A DNA stretch of 35,107 nt from Polaromonas sp. (GCA_023259235.1 JAHFQQ010000002.1:1-35107), one strand, 5' to 3'; shown: positions 20,424 to 29,713, counted from the stretch's first letter. Numbers and translations are program-made. Notes: generated by a model from the letters alone, not told the origin.

Positions 20424-21229
20424 ATGTCGCAAAGAAGGCCCGGTTTGCTGAAGCACGGAGGAAATTATGGTCTGCCAGAAACCGTGATCGGCTCATCAGT
20501 GTTGCCTCTCCTGCAATACTGATCGCCCTGTGGGAGTTGTGCGCGCGCGTCGGCCTGCTCGATACCCGCTTCTTTCCCGCACCATCACAAGTGGGCGGTG
20601 TGCTGGTGACCCTAATTAAATCAGGAGAGCTGTGGACCAACACCGCAGCCAGTTTGATGCGGCTGTTTTGGGGCCTGTTACTGGGCGGTATCCCAGCGAT
20701 CCTTCTGGGCATTGCCATGGGCTTGTATCGGCCCGTCCGTGCTGTGTTCGAGCCATTAGTGGACGCTACCTATCCCATTCCCAAGAGCGCGATCTTGCCA
20801 CTGATATTGCTTATCTTCGGCTTGGGCGAAGCGTCGAAGATCGTGATGGTAGCTATCGGCGTGTTCTATCCGGTTTTGATCAACGCAGCGGCCGGAGTGA
20901 TGGAGATACCCAAAATATATTTGGACGTTGGTCACAATTTCAAGGCCAGCCGGTGGCAGGTTTTTCGCACTATCGCCTTACCTGGTGCGTTGCCACTGAT
21001 CATGACGGGGGTCAAGCTGGGCGTTGGACTGGGGTTGATCCTGATTGCGATTGCGGAAATGGTAGGGGCAAAAAGCGGTCTCGGGTTCATGATCTGGAAC
21101 GCTTGGGAAATTCTCGAGGTGGAAAAAATGTATGTGGGCCTAATCGTTATAGCCCTGCTGGGATTTGTATTTTCACTTGCACTCACCGAGTTCGAACGTT
21201 GGTTGGTGCCATGGAAATTGGCCCGTTAG
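20420..21229 (+). CDS. NitT/TauT-family ABC permease
   Basis: LWEL...FFPAPSQV, YPIPKSAILPL, IALPGALP, AEMVGAKSGLG. ATGA overlap with the ATPase gene. Confidence 0.93.
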   Translation: MNVAKKARFAEARRKLWSARNRDRLISVASPAILIALWELCARVGLLDTRFFPAPSQVGGVLVTLIKSGELWTNTAASLMRLFWGLLLGGIPAILLGIAMGLYRPVRAVFEPLVDATYPIPKSAILPLILLIFGLGEASKIVMVAIGVFYPVLINAAAGVMEIPKIYLDVGHNFKASRWQVFRTIALPGALPLIMTGVKLGVGLGLILIAIAEMVGAKSGLGFMIWNAWEILEVEKMYVGLIVIALLGFVFSLALTEFERWLVPWKLAR

Positions 21230-21298
21230 GAAATCATTTTTTATTATAAATTGCCGGGCTCTCGGAACTGTCTGGCAGCAACCCTAGGAGAAACTAAA

Positions 21299-22798
21299 GT
21301 GAATGACAATGCGATAAAGAAGGTGCTGAACGTCGCTGACGGGAAGTCGCGGCAGGATTGCCATATTGCGTACGAAGATCTGCGTGGATGGATCGCCGAG
21401 GCGGAGAAACTGGGCGAGCTGAAAGTGGTGAAAGGTGCATCATGGCAGCAGGAAATAGGCATGGCCGCAGATCTGGTGATGCACTCCGATACCGCGCCTT
21501 GTGTAGTCTTCGACGAAGTGCCGGGTTGCGAGAAGGGCCATCGCGTCCTTGTCAACTTCTTCGGCGGCAGCCGTAAAAACATGACGCTTGGATTTCCGGC
21601 CGAATACAGTCGTCTCGAGTTGTCCCAGGCGTTCCTGGAAGCCAATCTGCGTGGTATGGAGCCGATCCCGCACGAGATAGTTGAGGATGGCCCGATCTTT
21701 GAAAATATTCTGATGGGCGACGACATCGATATCACAAAATTCCCCACGCCGCAGTGGCATGCGCACGATGGTGGCCGCTACATCGGCACTGGCAGCTACA
21801 ACATCACCAAGGATCCGGACGAAAACTGGCTCAATGCTGGCACCTACCGTGTCATGATCCATGACAAGAAGACTGTTGGCTACTACATCTCACCCGGCAA
21901 GCACGGCCGGATCCATCGTGACAAATACGAGGCGCTTGGCAAACCTATGCCGACCGCGATTGTGATTGGCGGCGATCCACTGACATTCCTCATGGCTTGC
22001 ACCGAAGTGCCGTACGGCGTGAGTGAGTTCGATATCGTGGGGGCGTTGCGTGGCAGAGCGACAAAGATGGTACGCGGCAAGGTCACGGGTCTACCAATTC
22101 CCGCAAACGCCGAACTCGTGATCGAAGGCTACGTGCATCCGACCGCGCGCAGGAAGGAAGGGCCATTCGGCGAATGGACTGGTTATTACGCGAGCGACGT
22201 GCGGGAGGAGCCAATTCTTGAGATCAAGGCCATCTACCACCGCAACAATCCGATTATTCTTGGTTGTCCCCCGCTCTGCCCGCCGGACGAGATGGCCCGT
22301 TACCGAGCCGTTGTACGCTCTGCCCTGCTCAAGCAGGAAATCGAAAAGGCTGGAGTGCCAGACATCACCGCCGCATGGTGCCATGAGGCTGGAGGTGCGC
22401 GTATGTTGCTCGCCATCTCGATGAAGCAGCGTTATCCCGGTCACGTCAAGCAGGTCGGGCACATTGCCAGCCAGTGCCACGTGGGTGCCTACGCCGGCAA
22501 GTACGTGGTGGTGGTGGACGACGACGTGGACGCGTCCAACCTGGAGGAGGTGATGTGGGCGATGACGACGCGTTCAGATCCGGCCACCTCGATCGATATC
22601 ATCACCAACTGCTGGAGCACGCCACTCGACCCCCGGCTAACTCCGGAGGATAGGGAGAAAGGTAACTTCACTAATTCGAGAGCGATCATCGATGCCTGCA
22701 GGCCGTTTCACTGGCGCGATAAGTTTCCGCTGGTCAATCGCCTCAGCCCTGAGGACTTGCGTCAGGCGCGCCAGAAGTTCGGCTATCTGCTCGGCTGA
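21299..22798 (+). CDS. UbiD-family prFMN-dependent (de)carboxylase of unknown substrate ('UbiD2')
   Basis: DLRGWI, DGGRYIGT, NAGTYR, GKHG, EGPFGEWTGYY, VVVDDDVD, IIDACRP. GTG start after AGGAG. Confidence 0.93.
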   Translation: MNDNAIKKVLNVADGKSRQDCHIAYEDLRGWIAEAEKLGELKVVKGASWQQEIGMAADLVMHSDTAPCVVFDEVPGCEKGHRVLVNFFGGSRKNMTLGFPAEYSRLELSQAFLEANLRGMEPIPHEIVEDGPIFENILMGDDIDITKFPTPQWHAHDGGRYIGTGSYNITKDPDENWLNAGTYRVMIHDKKTVGYYISPGKHGRIHRDKYEALGKPMPTAIVIGGDPLTFLMACTEVPYGVSEFDIVGALRGRATKMVRGKVTGLPIPANAELVIEGYVHPTARRKEGPFGEWTGYYASDVREEPILEIKAIYHRNNPIILGCPPLCPPDEMARYRAVVRSALLKQEIEKAGVPDITAAWCHEAGGARMLLAISMKQRYPGHVKQVGHIASQCHVGAYAGKYVVVVDDDVDASNLEEVMWAMTTRSDPATSIDIITNCWSTPLDPRLTPEDREKGNFTNSRAIIDACRPFHWRDKFPLVNRLSPEDLRQARQKFGYLLG

Positions 22799-22856
22799 GA
22801 CAGGCGTTGATGCATGAATAGGAACGGAACGGAATTCGGTTTTCTGGCGAATATGA

Positions 22857-23950
22857 GGTAACCGCAATGGCGGTCGCCACGTGCGTCTTGCCCGTGCCGG
22901 ACCCGCCGATGAGAACCGCGTTTTGCGCCGTCTCGGTGAACTCCAGTGTGCTCAATTGGTTGACCAACATCTTGTCCACCCTGGAACTCTCGAAGTCAAA
23001 GCCCGCCAGGGCACGGTGTGGTGGAAACTTGGCCGCTTTCATTTTGTGGCGTACCGATGCAAACGCGCGTGGTTCGTTTTCGGGTCGCAGCAAATGTTCG
23101 ATCAACCAGCGCGAGGTTTTTATGCCCACGTCGTTTGGTTTGCCCTCGCACGTTGTCAATTTATCCAGGCCCCGGCCATGCCGTGCGGGCGCAACTCCTT
23201 GAGCTCGGTGCTGATATCACAACGCGTGGGTGATTTCCACCATGGCTTCACCAAGCAGGCTGTCGTAGCAGCCTGTGTCGGCCACTGGCAGCTCTTTGAG
23301 TTGCAGGGTGCTCTCAACGCTCTGGGGCAGCTCGCTGCGTTCAGACGCGCCAATACGTTGAGGACGTGTTCGGTGCTGAGTACCCCAGATTCAATGACCA
23401 ATTCCACCGCCTCCAGCACCGCCTCCAGGCCGTGACTGGAGACGCAATTGAGCACTTGGGCCATGATTTTGCCACCCCCCGTCGTGACGCATCAGCCCAT
23501 GGCGCAAACGCAGCAATGGCATCGACGCATTGGCAAAGGGAGCCCCGTTTCTCAGGGCGCCGGGGTTGCGCTGTATCAGTGCGATGGAGTGTTGCCATTC
23601 ATAGCAGATGTGACCCCGGTCGGCCAGGTGCTCATGGCTGGGCACGATGGCCTCGTCGCTGGCGATCTCAACCCGGCTGGGGTACAGCCGGGTGCTCGCA
23701 CGCTGGCCTGCCAATTCACACGGCACCGAACAACGGTTGCGGGCCACCACCACCAGGCAGGTGCTTGCTGCCTTGGCTGAGCGCTTCACGTAGCCATCAA
23801 ACGCCGTCGGCATGGGCAAAGCTGCTCTATTTGCGGCTCTGCAAATCGATCCAGATGCGCCGACGGCTGTCCTGCACATTCTTCTCGACAACGCCGTTCT
23901 CGCCAGCCACTGGCGACGTTACAGAAATCAGCGCCAAACAGATGGTGTGA
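22857..23950 (-). pseudogene. Degraded IS21-family istA-istB relic
   Basis: Frameshifted IstA pieces (LIQRNPGALRNGAPF; HGLEAVLEAVELVIESG) and IstB truncated just after GGSGTGKTHVATAI. Related to, but diverged from, the copy at 15467-16380. Confidence 0.88.
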
Positions 23951-24033
23951 TCACATGACGGCAAAGCGGGCATAGACAGTTCCCCAAACGTGTTCACCGC
24001 ACTAAATGGGTCCCAGATATTCCGTTCCCTTGA

Positions 24034-24561
24034 TCACTGCACGCCCTGGCTGCCCCTGCACACAACAACCTTGTCAAGGCAGGCCGCTAGCCAGAAGCTA
24101 TAAGCGTCCGGATTTTGCTTCACATCCGCACCCAACTTCGTCATCTCCATCCATTTCCAATCATCAGCCTCGTTTCGGTTAAGCGCCGGCACCCCGTCAT
24201 AGCGGCCAAAAAAGACGTGGTCATACTCGTGCTCGATTAGACGATTCATGAAGGTCGCCCGGTACATGAAGCTGAAGGCCTTCGAAAGTTCACACTCAAC
24301 GCCCATTTCCTCCCGTAACCGCCGACTTGCAGCGCTGATGCTGTCCTCCTCAGGACGCGGATGGCCACAACACGTGTTGCTCCAAAGCCCCCCCGAGTGG
24401 TACTTGGTAGACGCTCGCTGCTGCAGCAACAGCCGATTGTCGGCATCAAAGACGAAAACGGAAACAGCGCGATGCAATTTTCCGCTCCGGTGAGCGGACA
24501 TCTTGCCAGCAACACCGGTTACGTTGTCACTCACGTCCACCAATACAACTTGTTCTTCCAC
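24034..24561 (-). CDS. idi: Type I isopentenyl-diphosphate delta-isomerase
   Basis: KMSAH..GKLHRAVSVFVF, LLLQQRA..KY, WSNTCCGHP (catalytic Cys), RRLREEMG, EHEYDHVF (catalytic Glu). Confidence 0.95.
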   Translation of the reverse strand: MEEQVVLVDVSDNVTGVAGKMSAHRSGKLHRAVSVFVFDADNRLLLQQRASTKYHSGGLWSNTCCGHPRPEEDSISAASRRLREEMGVECELSKAFSFMYRATFMNRLIEHEYDHVFFGRYDGVPALNRNEADDWKWMEMTKLGADVKQNPDAYSFWLAACLDKVVVCRGSQGVQ

Positions 24562-24708
24562 AGGTCACCACCCCAAAAATGAAGCCAATTTGGCGCCCCT
24601 AAACCTCAGAATATCCAGCCAAATAACAACTGAACCACTAACACTCGTTCTTCGGATCTGCCGCGTCAACATTGGTTGATGTGGACCAGGAGAATCTCCT
24701 AAATATAA

Positions 24709-24723
24709 GTCCAATATATGGAC
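24709..24723. promoter_or_regulatory. TCCA-N5-TGGA operator in the idi/iclR divergent region
   Basis: GTCCAATATATGGAC, with perfect 5-bp arms. Confidence 0.7.
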
Positions 24724-24792
24724 AAAATATCCTGATACATTAAATCATATTCAATCTAAAGCTGGCGACTAGTCTATCAATATATGTTTGTG

Positions 24793-24834
24793 TTGACAAG
24801 AAAGGTACAAGTGCAATAATGTCATATTATGGAC
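24793..24834 (+). promoter_or_regulatory. Promoter of the IclR gene with an overlapping operator
   Basis: TTGACA-N16-AATAAT immediately followed by TGTCATATTATGGAC (24820-24834), a geometry suited to autorepression. Confidence 0.6.
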
Positions 24835-24855
24835 GCTTGAATAAGAAACCTCTCT

Positions 24856-25647
24856 ATGGAAAGAATCAACAACCAACCCAGCGCCGGCACCCAGAGCATC
24901 GAACGAGCCGCTCATCTCCTGCGCATCATCGCTTCCCGCAATAGCGCCGGGCTACGCTTAGTCGATATTTCGAAGCAAGCAAGGCTTGAACGCCCGACAG
25001 CGCATCGCATCCTGAAGTGCCTGATATCCGAGGGATTGGTTAGACAGAATCCGGAAACGCGCCATTATTTTCTCGGCCATCTCATCTTCGAACTCGGGCT
25101 GGCAGCAACTTCAAGCTTTAACCTTCGGGATATCTGTCACCCGTCGCTCGTACGGCTCGCCGAGAAATCCGGTGACACCGTTTTTCTGACGATAAGAAGC
25201 GGTGCCGACTCTGTTTGCATAGACCGTGTGGAAGGGTCATTTCCGATCAAAACACTTACCCTGGACGTTGGAACGCGCCGGCCATTGGGTGTGGGTGCTG
25301 GAGGATTGGCGCTTCTGATGAAATTGCCCGAGCAGACCCAAAAAGAGATCGTCTCCGCCAACGCCCTTCGCCTGACCACATATAGCAACCTGACAGTACC
25401 CGCTTTGATGACGATGCTGCAGCGTTGTCAGCAACTTGGCTTCGTGCGAAATGATTCGCAAGTTACCCCAGGCGCCACATCGGTTGGCCTGCCGATCAGC
25501 TCCCGGTCCGGAGAACCCATACTAGCAATCAGCATTGGCGCAATATCGAGCCGAATGAAAGAAGAGCGGCAAAAGGAACTTGTGTCGATGATTAAAGCAG
25601 AGATAAAAGTCTTGGAAAGCTCCATCGATGACACCGCCCATCCCTGA
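24856..25647 (+). CDS. IclR-family transcriptional regulator
   Basis: GTQSIERAAHLL...RPTAHRILKCL winged HTH, GDTVFL, GTRRPLGVGAGGLALL effector-domain signature. Confidence 0.95.
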   Translation: MERINNQPSAGTQSIERAAHLLRIIASRNSAGLRLVDISKQARLERPTAHRILKCLISEGLVRQNPETRHYFLGHLIFELGLAATSSFNLRDICHPSLVRLAEKSGDTVFLTIRSGADSVCIDRVEGSFPIKTLTLDVGTRRPLGVGAGGLALLMKLPEQTQKEIVSANALRLTTYSNLTVPALMTMLQRCQQLGFVRNDSQVTPGATSVGLPISSRSGEPILAISIGAISSRMKEERQKELVSMIKAEIKVLESSIDDTAHP

Positions 25648-25649
25648 GT

Positions 25650-26016
25650 AAAAAGTGGCTCCGCTGGTTTGAACGACATTCCCCGATCTATAGGTGGACT
25701 GCGGGCGGGTTGCCAACGGTGCCGAGTTGTGCACAGCGGCGGTCGGCGCTTGTGAATCTCCCCGTGGCGATTCAGTTTCCATTCGACGATCTACGTGGGG
25801 TGCAGCTCAAAATGCTTGGTCAACTCCGCCAAGGTTCTGTCTTCGCCCAAAGCGGCCACGGCTACTTGGGCCTTGAACGTCAGCGCGTGGGTGCGGCCGG
25901 TGCACCGCGCTGATTTCCTGGCCGAGGAAAACTTCTTGACACCAGGCCTGCATTGGCCTGGCGTCAAGCCCGGAGTTTCCACTTATTGGGCTGTTCAGAT
26001 TTGCGAAGCCGCTTCC
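25650..26016 (-). mobile_element. Internally deleted IS3-family relic
   Basis: OrfA fragment RTHALTFKAQVAVAALGEDRTLAELTKHFELHPT*IVEWK joined to an OrfB-like tail. Imperfect IRs AAGTGGCTCCGC..TTTGAAC and AAGCGGCTTCGC..TCTGAAC. Confidence 0.75.
25753..25774. repeat. Degenerate copy of the 22-bp collapsed-IS palindrome
   Basis: TGAATCTCCCCGTGGCGATTCA, with 2 mismatches to 10141-10162. It lies at the deletion junction of the IS3 relic. Confidence 0.75.
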
Positions 26017-26130
26017 GTGCGCCGGCAATCCTGACTTCTGAACAGAAAGGAAATCGGGTCGCGGTTAGGAACTGTGATCAAAGTCAACACGATCAGCGGC
26101 CCTGTCCTGCAACTAAGTTCTGGATATCGC

Positions 26131-27126
26131 CTAAAAAAAGTGACGAATGCCGAAGTTAAATGCTTTGTCTCCAGTTCCTGTATCAGTAGCATTGCCTACC
26201 TTGAAAGCGGCGCCATTGCTATTGCTGATACGCGCGTAAGAGGAGTACAGCTGTGTGCGCTTGGACAAACTATAGATATAGCCGATTCCCAACTGGTTCG
26301 CATCCCTATTTGCCCCAGTTTTGTCATTGTGGCGAATGTAGGATGCAAGTATCTTGCTGGCACCGAACGGTACTGATACACCTATAATGGCGTCGTCGCT
26401 GTCTGCCGTACCAGTGCCCTTGTTGATGGCATAACCAAGATTCGCTTTGGCAACACCAAAGTTATAACTCCCTGCCAGTAGGGTATTCTTTGTACTGTCT
26501 GTGGCTGTAGCGTTATTCAGTTGATTCTGCGCCAGCCTGACATTCAACGCGCCGTGTTCGTAACCAATGGAAAAGCCTGTGGTGCGGTTGCCTGCACTGT
26601 TGTCAGCGACTCCACCGAACCCATAAGCGACTTTTGCAGAAAATCCACTCAGCTTTGGTGTCGCGTATTGCACCATGTTGTTTACGCGAGAATCGAGCGC
26701 CATGATGTTGCCCGCCCGACCAGCTAGGCTGACCGCATTGAACGGGTCCGCCACCTGGTTCACCGCCCAGTAATAGGGTGAATACTGGCGACCCAATGTG
26801 ACAGCGCCGAAATTACCCGATAACCCGACATATGACTGGCGACCGAACAATAAACCGCCTTGTGTTGAAGCGCCGGTGCCGATATCGAAGCCGCTCTCCA
26901 TGACGAAATTGGCAGAAAGGCCGCCACCAATATCCTCCTTGCCTCTGAACCCAATGCGGGACCCAGACGCGATGCCACTGCTCAGATGCGTGACACTGCC
27001 TGCTGCGCCGCCGCTTTCGTAAACCAAGCCGCTATCGGCGATGCCGTAGATTGTGACTGACGATTGAGCGAAAGCGGCTCCTGGGGAAATTCCGATTAGT
27101 GCGATGGCAATGAATGAATGTTTCAT
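26131..27126 (-). CDS. Betaproteobacterial outer-membrane porin (Omp32/Gram-negative porin type)
   Basis: MKHS...AFAQSSVTIYG, SRIGFRGKEDIGGGL, RQSYVGLSG.FG.VTLGRQY, YSLSKRTQLY, C-terminal GIRHFF. Confidence 0.94.
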   Translation of the reverse strand: MKHSFIAIALIGISPGAAFAQSSVTIYGIADSGLVYESGGAAGSVTHLSSGIASGSRIGFRGKEDIGGGLSANFVMESGFDIGTGASTQGGLLFGRQSYVGLSGNFGAVTLGRQYSPYYWAVNQVADPFNAVSLAGRAGNIMALDSRVNNMVQYATPKLSGFSAKVAYGFGGVADNSAGNRTTGFSIGYEHGALNVRLAQNQLNNATATDSTKNTLLAGSYNFGVAKANLGYAINKGTGTADSDDAIIGVSVPFGASKILASYIRHNDKTGANRDANQLGIGYIYSLSKRTQLYSSYARISNSNGAAFKVGNATDTGTGDKAFNFGIRHFF

Positions 27127-27273
27127 GTGATGTCTCTCTCCTATAGTTGATTGTGTTTCCAGCGTTTCCAGTCTTGCAAATCTGACGGGTATGAATTCCG
27201 CCATCGTCCAGAGCGAACTTTCAGTCTCGCGACTACTGTTCGGCCCTCGATTGTCTGGGTGCTCCTCCGAGTT

Positions 27274-28494
27274 TCACGCGAAGGCACCCTGCCTTTGATA
27301 ATCGGCGTACTGTTTCTCTGTCAATCCGAGAAACTCCTGAAAGACGAGCGCATTGTGCTCGCCGATCAGCGGAGCGGCTGCCATCACCTCGCCGGGCGTA
27401 TCGGAAAGCTCAAACGCCGAGAAATAGCAGCTCAGATCGCCGATCGCTCCATGCAAACGGCGCCGCCATATACGACGGTACAAAAGTTGCGGATCGCGAA
27501 ACAGGTCGGCAATGGTACTCACCGGGTAGGCATGAACCCGAGCGGCCTGGAAAAGGGTAGCAGCAGCGGCGGCGTCTTGAGTCAGCGTCCACTGGGCGAT
27601 GATCGCGTCCAGTTCCGGGCCATTCGCCTTGCGCTGTTCCAGGGTGGCAAAACGCGGTTCCACCGCCAGTTCGGGGCGCCCCACTGTCCTGGCAAAACGA
27701 CCGAACTCGTCGTCGGTCCAACAGGAAAGCGCCAGCCACTGCCCGTCCCGACATTGATAGGCATCGTGCGGCGCGGCATTGGGGTTACTGTTGCATGCTC
27801 GGTCAGCGATGCCACCGCTGGTGTGGTAGTCAAGCAAGGCGCCAGCGACAAACATCAGACCGCTTTCATATTGCGCCAGATCAACCCACGCCCCTTGTCC
27901 AGTTCGCCGCTGTCGATCAAGTGCCGCCAGCACCGCCGTGGCCCCCAAAGTCGACGCGATGAAATCGATATACGGCCCATAGAGCAACATCGGCGGTCCG
28001 TCCGGGCTACCGGTCAAGCCGCAGAAGCCGGCGAGCGCTGACAGCTGAGAACCGAATCCCGGGGTTTGCGCGCGCGGCCCGGTTTGCCCCATGTTGCAAC
28101 TCGAAATCATGACAATCCCCGGATTCAGCTTCCGCGCTTTCTCATAGTCGAGCCCGAGGCGGGACATCACCTCCGGCCGCATGTTTTCGATGACGATGTC
28201 GGCCCAGCCAACCAGGCGCTGTGCCAACGCGATGCCGACATCAGTCTTGAGATCCAGCGTCACCCCATACTTGGAGTCGTTGAAAATCGCAAAACATCCG
28301 CTGCGATCCGGCCCAGGCCGGCCGTCCTTGAACGGTGGATACTCATTGCGAAAACCGTCCGGGCGCTGGTGTGATTCGACGTGTACGACCGTCGCACCAA
28401 AGGTTGCCAGCATCTTGCCAATGTGCGGCCCAGCCGCGTAAGCGCCAAACTCCACCACCTTCACGCCGGACAGGGCTTGCGAAATTGCACTCAT
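27274..28494 (-). CDS. Family III (CaiB/BaiF) CoA transferase, catalytic subunit; probable succinyl-CoA:phthalate CoA transferase
   Basis: ALSGVKVVEF...AAGP, ADIVIENMRP, LGLDYE, GQTGP, PYIDF (catalytic Asp position), APLIGEHN. Lies in the operon with the phthaloyl-CoA decarboxylase-type UbiD. Confidence 0.88.
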   Translation of the reverse strand: MSAISQALSGVKVVEFGAYAAGPHIGKMLATFGATVVHVESHQRPDGFRNEYPPFKDGRPGPDRSGCFAIFNDSKYGVTLDLKTDVGIALAQRLVGWADIVIENMRPEVMSRLGLDYEKARKLNPGIVMISSCNMGQTGPRAQTPGFGSQLSALAGFCGLTGSPDGPPMLLYGPYIDFIASTLGATAVLAALDRQRRTGQGAWVDLAQYESGLMFVAGALLDYHTSGGIADRACNSNPNAAPHDAYQCRDGQWLALSCWTDDEFGRFARTVGRPELAVEPRFATLEQRKANGPELDAIIAQWTLTQDAAAAATLFQAARVHAYPVSTIADLFRDPQLLYRRIWRRRLHGAIGDLSCYFSAFELSDTPGEVMAAAPLIGEHNALVFQEFLGLTEKQYADYQRQGAFA

Positions 28495-29687
28495 ACGAAC
28501 GGCACCTCTTCAGTGATGTCGATGCGTTCGACCGCATGGCCGTCAGTCCCCAATTCGGCCAGCAGTCCTTCAATATCAACCTCTTTGCCAGGGAAATGGC
28601 GCAATGGTGCGCGCACTCGGTCGATGATCGCAAAACTGCCGCAATGTCGCTGGGGCTCTCCCTGTGAGTCCGGCAAATCCTGCCAGAAATTCCGCGCTGT
28701 TAGCTGCGGGTCGCTGGCGATATCGGGCATGGTCGATACGGGGTAACCCAGCATCTCACGCTGGCTAGCTTGCTCCAGGAATTCGCTCTTGGCAATCCGC
28801 ATGAAAAAGGCGGCGACCGGTCGTTCCAGCGCGTCCACCTCTTCCTGGGTGGCGATCTTCGGATCGAACCGCTTCCAGTCGACCTGTTCCAGCGCACCGA
28901 GGTCCGCGCCCCGCTCACGCATCCACGCGACCAGTTGAACGTTGGTGCGTCGGCCCGCCGGCCCGCCGTAGAGGACGAAGTTGATATAACCGTCAGCACA
29001 GGGCCAGAAGGCACGGTAGCGCGCGCCGTTGATCGAACGCCCGGTAATATATGCTCCGGCCCGGGTCGGAACAGTTCCTTCCATATCCCAGAATGCCGGC
29101 GCGTGTGAGAGCGCCAGGATCACGGCCGATTGTGCCGAGACATCCACGTGTTGCCCCCCTCCACCCGAGACAGTACGGTGAAAAAGCGCCATGAGCGCTC
29201 CCACCGCGGCCTGTGCCCCGGCCCAGCAATGGGACTGCGGGACGCTGACGCGCATTGGCTTCCCCTTGGGCTCACCGGCCAGCGACATGGCGCCCCCTGC
29301 CGCCATCATCTCGATATCAGAAGCCAGCCAGTCGGCCCGCGGGCCGCTGGAACCGAACGGCGTGACCGAGACATGAATCAGCCTCGGGTTGATCTGCTTC
29401 AGCCGCTCCACTCCAAAGCATCGAGAACAAGGATCATTGGGTTGCGCCGACTCGATCAGGACGTCAAAACCGGCGATCAGCCGATCAAACGCCAATTGCC
29501 CGGCAATGGTTTCAAGGTCGAGCCGCAGCAGGCGCTTGTTGACGTTGTAGGCTTGCCAGTCGGCGCCATCAATACTGGCCCCGGGCGCCTCGACCTTGAT
29601 CACATCCGCTCCGAGATCGGCCAGCAAGCGGCCGGCTAGCCAGCCAGTACGGTTGCTGACATCAAGGACGCGGTAAGCCGCAAGCAT
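28491..29687 (-). CDS. Family III CoA transferase, second (probably non-catalytic) subunit
   Basis: RVLDVS...GRLLADLGADVIKVE, TPFGSSGP, GGQHVDVS. The catalytic Asp position reads PQSHCWAG. 4-bp overlap with its partner gene. Confidence 0.88.
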   Translation of the reverse strand: MLAAYRVLDVSNRTGWLAGRLLADLGADVIKVEAPGASIDGADWQAYNVNKRLLRLDLETIAGQLAFDRLIAGFDVLIESAQPNDPCSRCFGVERLKQINPRLIHVSVTPFGSSGPRADWLASDIEMMAAGGAMSLAGEPKGKPMRVSVPQSHCWAGAQAAVGALMALFHRTVSGGGGQHVDVSAQSAVILALSHAPAFWDMEGTVPTRAGAYITGRSINGARYRAFWPCADGYINFVLYGGPAGRRTNVQLVAWMRERGADLGALEQVDWKRFDPKIATQEEVDALERPVAAFFMRIAKSEFLEQASQREMLGYPVSTMPDIASDPQLTARNFWQDLPDSQGEPQRHCGSFAIIDRVRAPLRHFPGKEVDIEGLLAELGTDGHAVERIDITEEVPFV

Positions 29688-29713
29688 TCATCTTCCTTTT
29701 GGTTTTGGTTCTG

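Noticed and set aside
24034-24561. idi as part of the hpnCDE squalene pathway
   Set aside because: It lies deep in the island, on the opposite strand, under the island operator. Proximity to the hpn genes is probably incidental, although shared isoprenoid flux cannot be excluded.
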